A DNA stretch of 34,690 bases, from IMG/VR virus record IMGVR_UViG_3300020045_001293, positions 1-34,690 of that record; one strand, 5' to 3'. Every line of letters begins with the position of its first letter. Position 1 is the first letter of the stretch. The notes beneath the pieces were generated by a model. The model saw only the letters and a program-made list of their open reading frames with translations, was not told the origin of the DNA and made no database searches. The stretch comes from a virus. Taxonomy: Duplodnaviria > Caudoviricetes. Below, piece by piece: positions 1 through 7,906 of the stretch. A program made the position numbers and the translations under genes.

Positions 1-111
1 TCTCACCGAGTCGAGGGAGTTGTACTTCAGATTCACCATGACCACTTCAGTCTCAGAAGCCTGTCCGCGCTCCTTCAGCCCTTGCGTGTCTATAACCCTG
101 ACACAAGGCCC
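1..111. repeat. Exact inverted copy of 1530-1640 (inside uvsW); probable chimeric contig tip
   Basis: Bases 1-111 are the perfect reverse complement of 1530-1640, checked block by block. The match ends at 112/1529. Confidence 0.95.
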
Positions 112-709
112 AGACGGGACTGAATACTGGTCAATGACTACCATGTTAGGAATGACCGGAGATGATTCATGGTTACTTGAATGGGAGAAACGTCTTGGTC
201 CTGAAAAGGCGGAGATTGAAAGACAGCGTTGTTGCGACCGTGGCGAAATGATCCATCTAGCAACCGAACAATATGTCAATAACGAGCCGTTTGAAAAATG
301 CAAACAAACATCTGGTTCTTATTTCAGAATGTTCAGTCAGATGAAACGAGTGTTAGACTCCAACGTCACCAAAGTCTATGCAACCGAACTACCAGTGTTC
401 AGCAAACTGATGAAGGTTGGCGGTCGTCTTGATTTGTTAGCTGAGTGGAATAAAGAACTGGCGATCATTGACTACAAGGGTTCAAACTCTTTGAAGACAA
501 GAGAAGACATTGAAGATTATTCACACCAGTTGTGCGGGTATAGCATGGCAGTGCAAGAGATGTACGGGTTGAAACCAAGGAAATTAGTTAACATCATCTC
601 CAATGAAAAATCTCTAGTGGCGACGGTCGTTCGTTTCAATCGTGAAGATATATTGGCGGGTTTTGCTGAAAGGATCAAAAGGTTCCATGCTCTCCTAAAT
701 ACTTCATAG
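104..709 (+). CDS. PD-(D/E)XK exonuclease of T4-like phages (5' end truncated or chimeric)
   Basis: Motifs GPDGTEYWSMTTML, W..RLG...A, RGEMIH and GRLDLL...IIDYKGS; lies next to uvsW. The predicted N-terminus (20-103) is the inverted uvsW copy. Confidence 0.8.
   Translation, partial: QGPDGTEYWSMTTMLGMTGDDSWLLEWEKRLGPEKAEIERQRCCDRGEMIHLATEQYVNNEPFEKCKQTSGSYFRMFSQMKRVLDSNVTKVYATELPVFSKLMKVGGRLDLLAEWNKELAIIDYKGSNSLKTREDIEDYSHQLCGYSMAVQEMYGLKPRKLVNIISNEKSLVATVVRFNREDILAGFAERIKRFHALLNTS
696..701 (+). promoter_or_regulatory. Putative late promoter core TAAATA upstream of uvsW
   Basis: TAAATA lies 25 nt before the uvsW ATG and matches the 3' part of the T4 late consensus TATAAATA. Confidence 0.4.
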
Positions 710-725
710 ATATAGGGGAATCCAG

Positions 726-2285
726 ATGGCATATGAAGTAGCAATTGAGAAAACGAACAACACTCATTTGACTGTGTTATCTGATGAGCCTTGCGTTCAT
801 GAAGAACTATATGAATTCTTCAAAGTCGAAGATCCATCCCATGTGCCGAGTCGATTTTCAAAGTATGATGGGATGGTTCGACTATATGACAAAAACACAG
901 GTCGTCTACCCACAGGTCTGCTCAAACATCTAATTCCTCGTTTGAAAAACTACAAAGTCAATCTAGACCCTCGTTTCAAAAACATGAGAGAGTTCACCAA
1001 AGAAGAACTTCAGGAATGGATAGACCAACAGAACCTTCCATGGCCTCTGCATGATTACCAGTTCCAAGGTGTTTACGATGCTCTTAGATTCAGACGTCTA
1101 ACATTGTTAGCTGACACCGGTGCCGGCAAATCTGTGATGATCTACTTGGTGATCAAATTCTTGTTAGAATCCGGCCAATACGGTAGGACATTAATCTTAG
1201 CACCCAGCATCTTGTTAGTTGAACAAATTCTTGCTGACTTCATCTCTTACGGTTGGAAAGAAGCCGAACAATTTTGTCAGAAGATCTGCGACGGTCGTTC
1301 AAAATTCTTATCGAAAAAAGTCGTGATATCCACTTGGCAATCATTGCAAGATCTATCTCAAGATTATTTTGAAGAATTTGATACAGTGATCTGTGATGAA
1401 GTGCACGGCGCCTCTGCTAAGAAACAGAGTGGCGTTATCAGCAAATGTCGTAATGCTGTTGACCGTATAGGATTCACAGGCACCCTGAACGGAACTGAAC
1501 TACATCAGTTCCAAGTCGAAGGGTTATTCGGGCCTTGTGTCAGGGTTATAGACACGCAAGGGCTGAAGGAGCGCGGACAGGCTTCTGAGACTGAAGTGGT
1601 CATGGTGAATCTGAAGTACAACTCCCTCGACTCGGTGAGAATGTCTAAGTTGGATTATGAAGGGCAAGTCCAATATATCATGTCTCATAAGGAACGACAA
1701 TCATCAGTGGCTCGTTTGGTAGCTGGTCTTTCTTCAAAGAATGAAAATACGTTGGTGCTATTTGACCGAGTTGAAAACGGCCTCTACAAGTTCAAAGAAA
1801 TTCTTGAAGAAATGGGACTAGGAGATAAGGTCAGAATCATTGAAGGGGATGTCAAACTCAAACAAAGATTTGAAACCAAGAACGAAATGGAAGATGAAGG
1901 CGGTCTGATTTTGTTGGCCACTTGGGGGACTATGTCGACTGGCGTTAGTATCAAACGTCTTCATAATATCGTTTTCAACTCCAGCACCAAAGGGATGATT
2001 AGAGTGTTACAGAGTTTGGGTCGAGTTCTTCGAATTCATGACACCAAGTCAATCGCAAGATTGTTTGACATCATTGACGATTGTCGGAAAGAAATATCTT
2101 CACGATGCCATTTCATAGACCATGCGATCGAAAGACACAAATTCTATAAGATGAAGAAACATCCCGTGAAATCTCTGAAGATCCCGCTGGGTGTTTGGAA
2201 TGTTCCTCGTGAAGAATATGAAGCCATCTTGAAAGACAGTGAAAAGAGGATAGCGAACCGAGAAGCCCGCTCTATGTCAGATTAA
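726..2285 (+). CDS. uvsW: UvsW SF2 DNA helicase
   Basis: Q motif (DYQ), Walker A DTGAGKS, DEVH box, GFTGT, STGVSIKRLH and QSLGRVLR; N-terminal HEELYEFF..YDGMVRLY is typical of UvsW. Confidence 0.93.
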   Translation: MAYEVAIEKTNNTHLTVLSDEPCVHEELYEFFKVEDPSHVPSRFSKYDGMVRLYDKNTGRLPTGLLKHLIPRLKNYKVNLDPRFKNMREFTKEELQEWIDQQNLPWPLHDYQFQGVYDALRFRRLTLLADTGAGKSVMIYLVIKFLLESGQYGRTLILAPSILLVEQILADFISYGWKEAEQFCQKICDGRSKFLSKKVVISTWQSLQDLSQDYFEEFDTVICDEVHGASAKKQSGVISKCRNAVDRIGFTGTLNGTELHQFQVEGLFGPCVRVIDTQGLKERGQASETEVVMVNLKYNSLDSVRMSKLDYEGQVQYIMSHKERQSSVARLVAGLSSKNENTLVLFDRVENGLYKFKEILEEMGLGDKVRIIEGDVKLKQRFETKNEMEDEGGLILLATWGTMSTGVSIKRLHNIVFNSSTKGMIRVLQSLGRVLRIHDTKSIARLFDIIDDCRKEISSRCHFIDHAIERHKFYKMKKHPVKSLKIPLGVWNVPREEYEAILKDSEKRIANREARSMSD

Positions 2286-2598
2286 CTTTCTGAAACGAAC
2301 CAATATCGAATTCAACCACTCCAAAGCAATCAACTGCGTATGTTATCGCATAGTTTGATTGCTTTTTGTTCATAATCCGCTGTCCGTGAAGCCAATCAAA
2401 GAATTCTTCATCAGGGATGTTCATTTCAACCTGAGCCATGACTGAATATTCTTCAGGAGCTTCATAGTTGTAGCGACTGTCTGTTGACAACAGAATTATG
2501 TCTCCCGCTTCATCTAACCCGAAATACAAAATATTAGATCTTTTTGGACTAAACAATTTCATTAAGACGTATTGCAACCAAATGAAATTCATAATCAT
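2272..2598 (-). CDS. Hypothetical protein
   Basis: 108-aa ORF with AAGGGA upstream and a candidate promoter at 2636-2667. Confidence 0.65.
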   Translation of the reverse strand: MIMNFIWLQYVLMKLFSPKRSNILYFGLDEAGDIILLSTDSRYNYEAPEEYSVMAQVEMNIPDEEFFDWLHGQRIMNKKQSNYAITYAVDCFGVVEFDIGSFQKVNLT

Positions 2599-2635
2599 AT
2601 CCCTTATAATCCCATTTTGGGGCGAAAGCGCTTTT

Positions 2636-2667
2636 AGTGTACCCAGTTATTTCGGTTGAACCTAATT
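2636..2667 (-). promoter_or_regulatory. Promoter with AATTAGGTTCAA-N14-TACACT
   Basis: Same 12-mer and same 14-nt spacing to a -10 box as upstream of nrdD (15787-15818). Confidence 0.6.
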
Positions 2668-2821
2668 TTATTTTTAATAATTTATAAAACAGAATAAAAC
2701 ACTGAGAACAGACACATCAACAGTATAAAATATCGTTTATCTCCGGTAGAAGTCAGTGTTTTATTTCGAAGTGTTAAATTATACGATAATCACACCAACT
2801 TCTACCATGGTATATCTACCG

Positions 2822-3307
2822 ATGAAACTTTTATGGTTCGTTAATCTTCAAGGTCAAATGGTCATTCCTACCAAAAATATGATCAGTTCCGTTTTGAAAG
2901 AAATAGGTGGTTGCCAATTTCTTATTATCGACCATGATATTGCATGCGTGGAAGGTATCCAAGACATTGAAATAGACGATGCGACTAACATATTCGTCGA
3001 CACTAAAATGGATGATTTACAACCGAATGGTCGTATAGTTGTATGTCGGTCGCAGAAGATGCTCAGACGTGCTGTCAGGAATGACTCGGTGGTGGTTAAT
3101 ATAATCGCGGACCGTATGACTATGGAGTCTCAGAGTGCTTCTGATAAGGCCGATGGGATTTATGTGGTCTGTGACAGTGATAAACGAACATCAATTTTGT
3201 TTGAAGAACGCGGTCGTATTTTGTTTGAAAGAAATCAGGCTAAACTTCCAAACAGTTTCAACGTCTATACATTTTCAAATAACCAACTCAAACAGGTATC
3301 CATATGA
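2822..3307 (+). CDS. Hypothetical protein (start uncertain: 2822, 2858 or 2879)
   Basis: The ORF overlaps the next gene by ATGA. Upstream 2756-2820 is AT-rich and promoter-like. Confidence 0.65.
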   Translation: MKLLWFVNLQGQMVIPTKNMISSVLKEIGGCQFLIIDHDIACVEGIQDIEIDDATNIFVDTKMDDLQPNGRIVVCRSQKMLRRAVRNDSVVVNIIADRMTMESQSASDKADGIYVVCDSDKRTSILFEERGRILFERNQAKLPNSFNVYTFSNNQLKQVSI

Positions 3308-3753
3308 AAGAAGCGTTCAAATCAGTCCAAGCGTTGTTGGAAGCAGATAATGTCACTATCACAAATGTAGTAGACGGCGCGTTCATGAGTCCGTTTGGTG
3401 TTTTCATTCTGGATGCTGAAAACGTTCCTGGGTATTCTCCGTCAGTAGTCGTAGGTTCATCGGAAACCGCTTGGGTTGCAAATACCTTCTACAAACATTG
3501 TATCGCATCTGGATTTGAAAAAGTTAATCCATTACATGGATGTTATCCTCAGGATGGGTCACATACGAATTTCGTTACTGACCCAGAGCGTGTTCACAAG
3601 TTGTTCCTTGCGTACGAACGTGAAAAGGCGATTCAAATTGCAAGTATGATTTTGTCGGAACGTCCTTCTACTCCGATCAAGAAAGAACCTTCAATTGTTG
3701 ATCTGTCTGGTAACGCGATCAAACAAACTGAAACCCCAAAAATCATTCTGTAA
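3304..3753 (+). CDS. Hypothetical protein
   Basis: 149 aa, ATGA-coupled to the previous ORF, AGGT upstream. Confidence 0.75.
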   Translation: MKEAFKSVQALLEADNVTITNVVDGAFMSPFGVFILDAENVPGYSPSVVVGSSETAWVANTFYKHCIASGFEKVNPLHGCYPQDGSHTNFVTDPERVHKLFLAYEREKAIQIASMILSERPSTPIKKEPSIVDLSGNAIKQTETPKIIL

Positions 3754-3764
3754 GGAATAAAGAA

Positions 3765-4172
3765 ATGACTCTGCAAGAATTGACATTGCGATGGATTGAA
3801 GATTTCAACTCTGCTGCTGCTGCGCGTGGTGCCCCATTGCTGGATGAATCATACATCCTTGATGATGGCGTTATCGGGATTGGAAACCAATTGTTGGTCA
3901 TTATCGAAGAAGATCTTCAATCTGGCTGCGGTTATCACGTTGTGATGTGCCCTAACAAAAATGGTGATGTTATCCAAGTATCAACTGCTCTGTCCCTTTC
4001 ATATGAGTCCCCGAACGCTATTCCGAAAGAACTTGGTTTGGCATTTTGGATGGAAGGCGATACAATGCATTGGGTCGGTGAAGATGATGAATTATCAGAA
4101 GAACAATGCAAAGACTGTGAACATTGTACTTGCCAAGAACCAGCTGAAGAACATCAACCGGTAACACACTAA
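3765..4172 (+). CDS. Hypothetical acidic protein with C-terminal CxxCxxCxC cluster
   Basis: SD AAGGA; 135 aa; CKDCEHCTC near the C-terminus. Confidence 0.75.
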   Translation: MTLQELTLRWIEDFNSAAAARGAPLLDESYILDDGVIGIGNQLLVIIEEDLQSGCGYHVVMCPNKNGDVIQVSTALSLSYESPNAIPKELGLAFWMEGDTMHWVGEDDELSEEQCKDCEHCTCQEPAEEHQPVTH

Positions 4173-4253
4173 CGGTTGACAATAGCTCTGATGGACTCCC
4201 CCTACCCTCAGAGCTAGATATTATCACTACCGATGAAACTCACAGTGATAATA
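4154..4253 (+). other. Three tandem inverted repeats (7, 9 and 10 bp stems) upstream of the resolvase gene
   Basis: tcaaccg/cggttga (4154-4160/4173-4179), tagctctga/tcagagcta (4183-4191/4208-4216), tattatcact/agtgataata (4219-4228/4244-4253). Confidence 0.7.
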
Positions 4254-4255
4254 AC

Positions 4256-4855
4256 ATGACCGTCTACGCTGGTATCGATTACTCTATGTCATCCCCATCT
4301 ATTTGCGTGTGGGACTCCAACACTCCTCTCAAATTTGAAAATTGCCTTGTGTACAACTTTGGTAACTGGTCTCGTTGTAAACAGTTCGAAGGTGACCACA
4401 GTAACATTTCAATCTTGAAACAACCAGCATATTCTTGTAATGAAGAACGATTTCTTGCCATATCCCAATGGGCAAAGGCTGTGTTGATGCAAAATTGCGT
4501 GAACAAAGCATCGTTAGAAGATTACAGTTATGGGTCGAAGGGTTCAGTATTCGAAATCGGTGAGAACACCGGCCTGTTGAAACAAGTCTTATTCAGCCTC
4601 CAAATTCCGTTTATCCCTTTGGCTCCTGGCGCTGTGAAGAAAGACGCGACCAAGAATGGGGCCGCTAAAAAGGATTTGATGTACAAAACGTTTATGGAAC
4701 AAGAATCGGTTTCGATTGAAAAGATCCTCGGGTACACTACTGAAGTGTGGAAGGAGAAGTTGATTCAAACTCCATGGGAAGTTAAACCAATCGACGACAT
4801 TATCGATTCGTTTTATGTTTTGAAATCACATCCAGACCTGAGGGTTATCGTATGA
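4256..4855 (+). CDS. RuvC-like Holliday junction resolvase
   Basis: GIDYSMSSP at the N-terminus, LEDYSYGS, IGENTGLLK, P..VKK.AT.NG.A.K and DDIIDS; these supply the RuvC acidic residues. Confidence 0.88.
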   Translation: MTVYAGIDYSMSSPSICVWDSNTPLKFENCLVYNFGNWSRCKQFEGDHSNISILKQPAYSCNEERFLAISQWAKAVLMQNCVNKASLEDYSYGSKGSVFEIGENTGLLKQVLFSLQIPFIPLAPGAVKKDATKNGAAKKDLMYKTFMEQESVSIEKILGYTTEVWKEKLIQTPWEVKPIDDIIDSFYVLKSHPDLRVIV

Positions 4856-5022
4856 TAAAAAGTCCGTTCAGTTCATTTGTTGGAAAACTTCATTCGGAAG
4901 GAAAGTCGCTCCAAGATATCCTGACAGCGGCTCAACAAAAATTCGGAGCGCATGTGTGTTTACACCAAGTTGAACGATCAATTGAATTGTTCAAACAAGG
5001 ACTGGTGGAAAAAGATGCTTGA
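4852..5022 (+). CDS. Small hypothetical protein, 56 aa (MIKSPFSS...VEKDA), below the ORF-track cutoff
   Basis: ATGA overlap with the resolvase stop; fills the gap exactly and overlaps the next start. Confidence 0.65.
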   Translation: MIKSPFSSFVGKLHSEGKSLQDILTAAQQKFGAHVCLHQVERSIELFKQGLVEKDA

Positions 5023-5320
5023 ACTTATTCTCCAATATCAATCATGGTTATTCTATGCAGTTTGCGTTTTTGCGTTTTTGTCCGGTCATAAATTCATCAA
5101 ATCATTGTTGGCGTTCGTACATCTTTCGCATGATCGCCAACGTCTGACAACCATTCAGTTGACAGACCCAGTGATCTACGCTGAGTTGAAAGCGAACGGA
5201 GAGTTTGAAAAACTTCGTCGAATCAACACTCATGCGTTGTTTGCTCTGTTGTGGTTTGATGCGATGATCATCAGTTTAATTTTCATATTCATTGTTGGTG
5301 ATAAATATGCCTCGTTATGA
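5015..5320 (+). CDS. Hypothetical membrane protein with two hydrophobic segments
   Basis: WLFYAVCVFAFL and ALFALLWFDAMIISLIFIFIV; the ATG at 5015 overlaps the previous stop region. Confidence 0.7.
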   Translation: MLELILQYQSWLFYAVCVFAFLSGHKFIKSLLAFVHLSHDRQRLTTIQLTDPVIYAELKANGEFEKLRRINTHALFALLWFDAMIISLIFIFIVGDKYASL

Positions 5321-5555
5321 TTACAGATGCAAGGAATGCCAACACACTTTTTCAGAAATGAAGAAGATCGCTGAACGCCGAGACCCTTGTGACTTGCCTT
5401 GTGAAAAGTGTGCAGGTACAATTGATCTTGTTATGTTAGGAACTCCGAAGATCGTGTCCGGTGTTTCCGTGACTGACAAACGTCCCAGCGGTTGGAAAGA
5501 TGTTCTCTCGAACATTCATCAACACTCAGGGAAAACATCCACCATCGATGTGTGA
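5307..5555 (+). CDS. FmdB-family zinc-ribbon regulatory protein
   Basis: MPRYDYRCKECQHTF...CEKC and a GWKDVL..I tail; commonly found next to gp33 in T4-like phages. Confidence 0.88.
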   Translation: MPRYDYRCKECQHTFSEMKKIAERRDPCDLPCEKCAGTIDLVMLGTPKIVSGVSVTDKRPSGWKDVLSNIHQHSGKTSTIDV

Positions 5556-5563
5556 GGCTCGCC

Positions 5564-5797
5564 ATGACTGGTGCGACGCTGGTTACAAAAGATGATATCG
5601 CTGTCAGGGTGGTGCAGATTGTTGAAGACACACACTGTACGTACTTTGAAGCTCTGAATGAAGTGGTTGATGAATTCGGTATTGAAATCGAAGAGATCAA
5701 ACACTACATTTCAGATCCTCTTAAAGTGAAGTTGGAAGCGGAGGCAGGCCGTTTGAATCTGCTAAATAAAAAGGTCCGAACAAAGCGTTTATTCTAA
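5564..5797 (+). CDS. gp33-like late transcription coactivator
   Basis: Y.EAL......IEIE.I...IS..LK.KLE.EA..LNLL pattern; SD GAGG; lies just upstream of gp32. Confidence 0.8.
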   Translation: MTGATLVTKDDIAVRVVQIVEDTHCTYFEALNEVVDEFGIEIEEIKHYISDPLKVKLEAEAGRLNLLNKKVRTKRLF

Positions 5798-5862
5798 CGT
5801 TAATGCGGGTAAAATAATTCGGTCGATAATGACCCTGATATGAATCAAATGAGGAATCAACA

Positions 5863-6891
5863 ATGTCCAGCTTAATGGAACGTATGAAAAAAGGTCGTGG
5901 TCAAACTGCTACCGTGTTACAACAGGCAATGCAAGCATCTTCCGGCGGCTACCAGAAAGATGAGCGTATCTGGAAATATGGTTATTACAAATCCAAAGAC
6001 ACGATGATCTCTGACAGCATCATCCGTTTCCTGCCTATCCCTTTCATTGACTACCGTCGTGAAGAACAAGGTCAGTTACATGCTGATGCAGTGTTGTCTC
6101 CTGTTGTTCATGTAATGCGTCACAATTTCAAAGGTTCCGGTGGTAGTTTTTACAACGAATTATGTCGTCGTACTATCGGTGAAGAATGCCCTGTCAATGA
6201 ACATGATCGCCCCCTTTGGAATGCATGGAAAGAAGCCGGTAAACCTGAAAATGACGTGAAGAAAATTCTGATCGGTCGTCTGCCTCAGGATGAATACTAC
6301 GCCAACATCCTGGTGATCAAAGATGCGGCAAAACCTGAAAATGAAGGCAAAGTCTTCTTATTCAAATTCGGTGCAGCTGTTAAGAACATGATCGATGAAG
6401 CGTTTGATCCAAAACTGCCGACTCAGTCAGCGTTCGATCCATTTGATGCGTTCGAAGGTAAGAACCTACACCTGACATTCATAGGAGAAGAACGTGCGTT
6501 TGGTGGTTGGAAAGGCCTGGTTCCTAAAGACATGGCCAAAAACAGTGCGTGGGAAGCTGGTCAGTTGAAAGATGGCGACGAAGCTGAAATCGAAAGCATC
6601 ATGGAACAAGCATACAGCTTGCAAGATTTCATCAAACCGGAATTGTTCAAATCATACGACGAACTGAAAGAACGTTTTATGAAAGTGATGGGGATCAACG
6701 AAGCTGAAGGTGGCGTAACGCCTCAGACTCCGACTGATGCTGCTCCTGTACACACAACTGCGTCTGCTCCAGTTCAACAAAGTGCTGATGCACCATCACA
6801 AGTTGGCGCAGCTCCTCAGCAAGAAGAAGCCAAACAACCGGATGATGATTTGGATGAGTTTGAAAGAATGCTGAAAGGCGGGAATTTCTAA
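5863..6891 (+). CDS. gp32 single-stranded DNA-binding protein
   Basis: DERIWK, IIRFLP, H-F..., CPV, YYANILVIKD..PENEGKVFLFKFG, FKSYDELK and an acidic C-terminus; SD GAGGA. Confidence 0.95.
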   Translation: MSSLMERMKKGRGQTATVLQQAMQASSGGYQKDERIWKYGYYKSKDTMISDSIIRFLPIPFIDYRREEQGQLHADAVLSPVVHVMRHNFKGSGGSFYNELCRRTIGEECPVNEHDRPLWNAWKEAGKPENDVKKILIGRLPQDEYYANILVIKDAAKPENEGKVFLFKFGAAVKNMIDEAFDPKLPTQSAFDPFDAFEGKNLHLTFIGEERAFGGWKGLVPKDMAKNSAWEAGQLKDGDEAEIESIMEQAYSLQDFIKPELFKSYDELKERFMKVMGINEAEGGVTPQTPTDAAPVHTTASAPVQQSADAPSQVGAAPQQEEAKQPDDDLDEFERMLKGGNF

Positions 6892-6902
6892 CTGATAACA
6901 TC

Positions 6903-6930
6903 GAGGGAGCTGATTTGCTCCCTCATCTTT
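6903..6930. terminator. Intrinsic terminator between convergent gp32 and gp54
   Basis: gagggagc-tgattt-gctccctc hairpin followed by a T-rich stretch. Confidence 0.75.
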
Positions 6931-7855
6931 ATAACAACCCGTCTAACATCTTATGGATCGAAGATTTGGCTCCGCTTTCAACCTTAGTCGAAGTGTTCAC
7001 CATCTTTTTCAAACCTTTCACAGTCTTAGACATTTCAGTCGCTGAAAATCCTGTCGTTTCTTTCACAACTTCATTGATCTTTCCAACCATGGCAAGTGCT
7101 TCGCCGGTGAAATTGCCGCTTTGTGCTTCAGTAATCAGTTGTCTGGCAGAATAAGCTGCACTTTCAAGATCACCGTTCATGATCCCATCAACAATCCCAC
7201 CGATACTTCCTGGGAGTCCGCTAGAAGATGTTTTCGAAGATTCTTTTTCAGAAGATACTCTTGTGTAATTCCAAACCGTATCGAAACCGTTAGCCATATC
7301 GGATGACATTTTATTCAAACCAACTGGGGCAACAGTAACGGGGAATGCCCCCAACAGATAACAAGTATATACCACCTGATCTTGAAGATCCAACATGTCA
7401 ATCTGGATGTCAACGCTGTAATCATCATAGTATCCTGCTGTGGAGGCCTTCTCGTCAACAACCACATTCTTCCATTCATCGAACACCTTTCTTTCAAAAG
7501 CATCCATTGAAAGTTGGAACCCAAAGCTAATTTGTTCGCGGTCAAGCATGTTGGCAACTGTTGTGGTGTGGCCCATCATTTTGGCCGTTGTTGTTTCAAA
7601 TTGGAATCCAGGAACTTCCGTTGACCGACACATGAACTGGATCGCTCGAGTGCTATGGCCTGGATTCCCTGCTAGGATACCAGCGATATTGATAGTCTTT
7701 GACAACCAATCAGGAAGAATCCCAGAACCGCCTTCTGCACCCTTGAGAGCAGACTCAACCAGTTTAGGGAGTGGAATGGTAACTTGGAATCGGTTCGCTC
7801 TAGACACACCATGTTGGATGAATAGAGACCTCGTTTTTTCAGCCAATGCTGTCAT
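6929..7855 (-). CDS. gp54-like baseplate tail-tube initiator
   Basis: G.SRANRFQV.I, MC....PG, ERKVFDEW...V and GYYDDY...I.I, a tail-tube family pattern; likely start MTALAEK at 7855. Confidence 0.8.
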   Translation of the reverse strand: MTALAEKTRSLFIQHGVSRANRFQVTIPLPKLVESALKGAEGGSGILPDWLSKTINIAGILAGNPGHSTRAIQFMCRSTEVPGFQFETTTAKMMGHTTTVANMLDREQISFGFQLSMDAFERKVFDEWKNVVVDEKASTAGYYDDYSVDIQIDMLDLQDQVVYTCYLLGAFPVTVAPVGLNKMSSDMANGFDTVWNYTRVSSEKESSKTSSSGLPGSIGGIVDGIMNGDLESAAYSARQLITEAQSGNFTGEALAMVGKINEVVKETTGFSATEMSKTVKGLKKMVNTSTKVESGAKSSIHKMLDGLL

Positions 7856-7869
7856 GGTATGATACCTGC

Positions 7870-7876
7870 ATAAATA
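7870..7876 (+). promoter_or_regulatory. Putative late promoter ATAAATA
   Basis: 30 nt upstream of the structural gene gp2. Confidence 0.55.
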
Positions 7877-7906
7877 GCAACATATTGCAATAATTAGGAA
7901 ACTCTC

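Noticed and set aside
20-103. Predicted N-terminus of the exonuclease
   Set aside because: It is antisense uvsW sequence from the inverted tip.
2599-2760. AT-rich stretch as a replication origin
   Set aside because: No iterons are visible, and divergent promoters explain the composition.
5015-5320. Holin call for the two-TM protein
   Set aside because: There is no endolysin or spanin nearby, and hydrophobicity alone is insufficient.
5798-5862. T4-like gene 32 autoregulatory pseudoknot
   Set aside because: Only a 4-bp stem (ggtc/gacc) is visible, which is too weak to call.
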